Positions 60,215 to 64,000 of a stretch of DNA of 64,000 bases are shown here, in pieces. The notes beneath the pieces are model-generated. The model did no database searches. It had not been told where the DNA came from and was given only the letters and a program-made list of their open reading frames with translations. Where the stretch lies: assembly GCA_907165135.1 (NCBI GenBank), contig CAJRAX010000009.1:15681-79680 (forward strand), given 5' to 3'. The translations under genes were made by a program, and so were the position numbers. The stretch comes from Oikopleura dioica. Its lineage: Eukaryota; Animalia; Chordata. Within the stretch, counting starts at the first letter, position 1. Every line of letters begins with the position of its first letter.

Positions 60215-63200
60215 TCGATGACCATCGAAAAAAAAATTTTTTTTTTTTTGAATTTTTTTTCTGTTTGGTTTGAGAGGCTCAGAATCAACCAAAATGACGC
60301 TCGAAAGACGGCAGAAACGATGCAAATAAAATTAGGGCAAAAACGAACTTTCAAAATTTTGACCTCGTTTTTGGGCGATTCATGATAACGATGACCATCG
60401 AAAAAAATTTTTTTGAATTTTTCTCTGTTGGGTTTAAGAGGCTTAGAATCAACCAAAATGACGCTCGGGAGACGGCAAAAACGCTGCAAATAAAATTAGA
60501 ACAAAAACGAATTTTCAAAATTTTGACCTCGTTTTTGGCGATTCATGATAACGATGACCATCAAAAAATTTTTTTTTAATTTTTTTTCTGTTGGGTTTGA
60601 GAGGCTCAGAATCAACCAAAATGTCGCTCGGAAGACGGCAGAAACGCTGCAAATAAAATAAGAACAAAAAACGAATTTTCAAAATTTTGACCTCGTTTTT
60701 GGGCGATTCATGATAACGATGACCATCGAAAAAATTTTTTTGGATTTTTTTTGGTGGTTTTGAGAGGCTCAGAATCAATCAAAATGACGCTTTGAAGTTA
60801 GCAGAAACGCTGCAAATAGAATAAGGGCAAAAAACGAAGTTTCAAAATTTTGACCTCGTTTTTGGGCGATTCATGATAACGATGACCATCGAAAAAAAAT
60901 TTTTTTTTTTGAATTTTTTTTCTGTTAGGTTTGAGAGGCTCAGAATCAACCAAAATGTCGCTCGGAAGACGGCAGAAACGCTGCAAATAAAATAAGGGCA
61001 AAAACGAATTTTCAAAATTTTGACCTCGTTTTTGGGCGATTCATGATAACGATGACCATCGAAAAAAATTTTTTTGAATTTTTCTCTGTTGGGTTTAAGA
61101 GGCTTAGAATCAACCAAAATGACGCTCGGGAGACGGCAAAAACGCTGCAAATAAAATTAGAACAAAAAACGAATTTTCAAAATTTTGACCTCGTTTTTTG
61201 GCGATTCATGATAACGATGACCATCGAAAAAAAAATTTTTTTTTTTTGAATTTTTTTTCTGTTTGGTTTGAGAGGCTCAGAATCAACCAAAATGACGCGC
61301 GGAAAACGACAGAAACGATGCAAATAAAATTAGGGCAAAAAATGAACTTTCATAATTTTGACCTCGTTTTTGGGCGATTCATGATAACAATGACCATCGA
61401 AAAAAAAAAAATTTTTTGAATTTTTCTCTGTTGGGTTTAAGAGGCTCAGAATCAACCAAAATGACGCTCGGAAGACGGCAAAAACGCTGCAAATAAAATT
61501 AGAACAAAAACGAATTTTCAAAATTTTGACCTCGTTTTTGGGCGATTCATGATAACGATGACCATCGAAAAAAAATTTTTTTTTTTGAATTTTTTTTTCT
61601 GGTGGTTTTGAGAGGCTTAGAATCAACCAAAATGACGCTCGGAAGACGGCAGAAACGCTGCAAATAAAATTAATGCAAAAAACGAAGTTTTAAAATTTTG
61701 ACCTCGTTTCTGGGCGATTCATGATAACGATGACCATCGAAAAAAAAATTTTTTTTTTAATTTTTTTTCTGGTGGTTTTGAGAGGCACAGAATCAACCAA
61801 AATGACGCTCGGAAGACGGCAGAAACGCTGCAAATAGAATAAGGGCAAAAAACGAAGTTTCAAAATTTTGACCTCGTTTTTTGGCGATTCATGATAAGGA
61901 TGACCATCGAAAACAAAATTTTTTTTTTGAATTTTTTTTCTGGTGGTTTTGAGAGGCACAGAATCAACCAAAATGACGCTCGGAAGACGGCAGAAACGCT
62001 GCAAATAAAATAAGTGCAAAAAACGAAGTTTCAAAATTTTGACCTCGTTTTTGGGCGATTCATGATAACGATGACCATCGAAAACAAAATTTTTTTTTTG
62101 AATTTTTTTTCTGGTGGTTTTGAGAGGCACAGAATCAACCAAAATGACGCTCGGTAGACGGCAGAAACGCTGCAAATAAAATAAGTGCAAAAAACGAAGT
62201 TTCAAAATTTTGACCTCGTTTTTGGGCGATTCATGATAACGATGACAATCGAAAAAAAAATTTTTTTTTTGAATTTTTTTTTCTGGTGGTTTTGAGAGGC
62301 TCAGAATCAATCAGAATGACGCTTGGAAGACGGCAGAAACGCTGCAAATAAAATTAAGGCAAAAAACGAAGTTTCAAAATTTTGATCTAGTTTTTGGGCG
62401 ATTCATGATCGTTAAGACCATCGGAAAAAAAATTTTATTTTTGAATTTTTTTTTCTGGTGGTTTTGAGAGGCTTAGAATCAACCAAAATGACGGGTGAAA
62501 GACGGCGGAAACGCTGCAAATAAAATAAGGGCAAAAAACAAAATTTCAAAATTTTGACCTCGTTTTAGGGCGATTCTTGATTGCGAAGACCATCGAAAAA
62601 AATATTTTTTTCTGTTGGTTTTGAGAGGCTCAGAATCAACCAAAATGACGCTTGGAAGATGGCAGAAACGCTGCAAATAAGATGAGTGCAAAAACGAAGT
62701 TTAAAAATTTTGACTTCGTTTTTGGGCGATTCATGATCACGATGACCATCGAAAAAAAATTTTTTGAATTTTTTTTTTCTGGTGGTTTTGAGAGGCTCAG
62801 AATCAATCAAAATGACGCTTTGAAGTTGGCAGAAACGCTGCAAATAAAATTAGTGAAAAAAACGAAGTTTCAAAATTTTGACCTCGTTTTTGGGCGATTT
62901 GAGATAGCGAGGACCATCGAAAAAAAAAATTTTTTAATTTTTTTCTGTTGGTTTCGAGGGGCTCAGAATCGACCAAAATGACGCTTAGAAGACAGCGTAT
63001 ATGCTGCAAATAAAATAAGGGCAAAATACGAAGGTTCAAAATTTTGACCTCGTTTTTGGGCGATTTGAGATAGCGAAGACCATCGTAAAAAAAAATTTTT
63101 TTTTTGAATTTTTTTTCTGTTGGTTTTGAGAGGCTCAAAATCAACTTAAATGACGCTTTGAAGACGGCGAAAACGATTCAAATAAAATAAGGGCAAAATA

Positions 63201-63406
63201 CGAAGTTTCAAAATTTTGACCTCGTTCTTGGGCGATATGAGATAGCGTAGACCATCAAAAAAATTTTTTTTTTTTAATTTTTTTCTGTTGGTTTTGAGAG
63301 GCTCAAAATCAACCAAAATGACGCTCAGAAAAACGCTGCAAATAAAATAAGGGCAAAATACGAAATTTCAAAATTTTGACCTTGTTTTTTGACGATTCGA
63401 GATAGC
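60215..63406 (-). repeat. Sat-A array, inverted, diverging toward 63400
   Basis: Reverse complement of the 2754-7701 monomer. Confidence 0.96.
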
Positions 63407-64000
63407 TGATACCGTTTAATTGAATCTCTTTTTTTTTTCAAATAATTCTAGCTCTAACTCTGCAAAATCTGCAAGAAATTTAACACAAAAATCGGCGGTG
63501 TTACGGTTATATTGAGTATGAAGAGAATGAAGCAGAAATGCAAATTTTTCAAAACTTTGCAGCGCGCGCAGCTGCAGCAAATTTCCAAGCGTGTTTTTCT
63601 TTCCAAATAAGGAGACGCGCGCATTGTTTTCTTCGTTGTTTTCAATTTTCGTTCCACTATCTTTACGTAACCGCCACCGCCAAGAAAGTTTATTTTAGAA
63701 AATCAAATTTCTCACTATGTGACCCAGATCATTTCTAAAATAAACCCTCTTTATTTTCGTTTTCATCTGTCCAGAAGCAAGTCCAGTTAGCAAGTCCATA
63801 GTCGTTTCCGTTGCGTTTGTCGTCGTCGTTGTAGTTGAAGTCGTAGTTGTAATGACCGTCGTCGCTGCCAAAGTCGTCAGCACAGTGCATTCCGTCGTTA
63901 TTGTAGAAGATGGCCAGTCGTTCTAAATCGAGCCAGAAAGGAGTTTTGACAACTTTGCCTACCTAGAAGCAGTTACTGATACCGCCATCCCGCGGTGCAC
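63407..64000 (-). mobile_element. LTR, A-related (truncated by window end)
   Basis: Begins TGATACCG; CACATAGTG hairpin near 63709 and structured core at 63928-64000; left flank ATAGC. Confidence 0.88.

Overview
AT-rich eukaryotic heterochromatin, probably centromeric or pericentromeric; no host genes, rRNA, complete tRNA or CRISPR are supportable. Two satellites (Sat-A ~161-173 bp with an ~820-bp 5-mer higher-order repeat; Sat-B ~59-60 bp) are densely invaded by one clade of Ty3/gypsy LTR retrotransposons. By eye there are about six LTR subfamilies (here A-F), with ~1.0-1.3 kb TGAT...ATCA LTRs, 5-bp TSDs, gag with two CCHC knuckles, a -1 frameshift and PR-RT-RH-IN. Nested non-autonomous DNA transposons also occur. 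Most notable: (1) the LTR subfamilies carry a covarying, multi-domain structured RNA that I cannot assign to a known class; (2) the integrase ends in an acidic linker plus two SAP/HeH-like domains instead of a chromodomain; (3) insertions cluster in a motif shared by both satellites; (4) priming signals are non-canonical: no polypurine tract, and a variable PBS that also supplies the gag ATG. Several zones where retroelement and satellite are interleaved every few tens of bases look like consensus/assembly artefacts, and many frameshifts are probably homopolymer errors.
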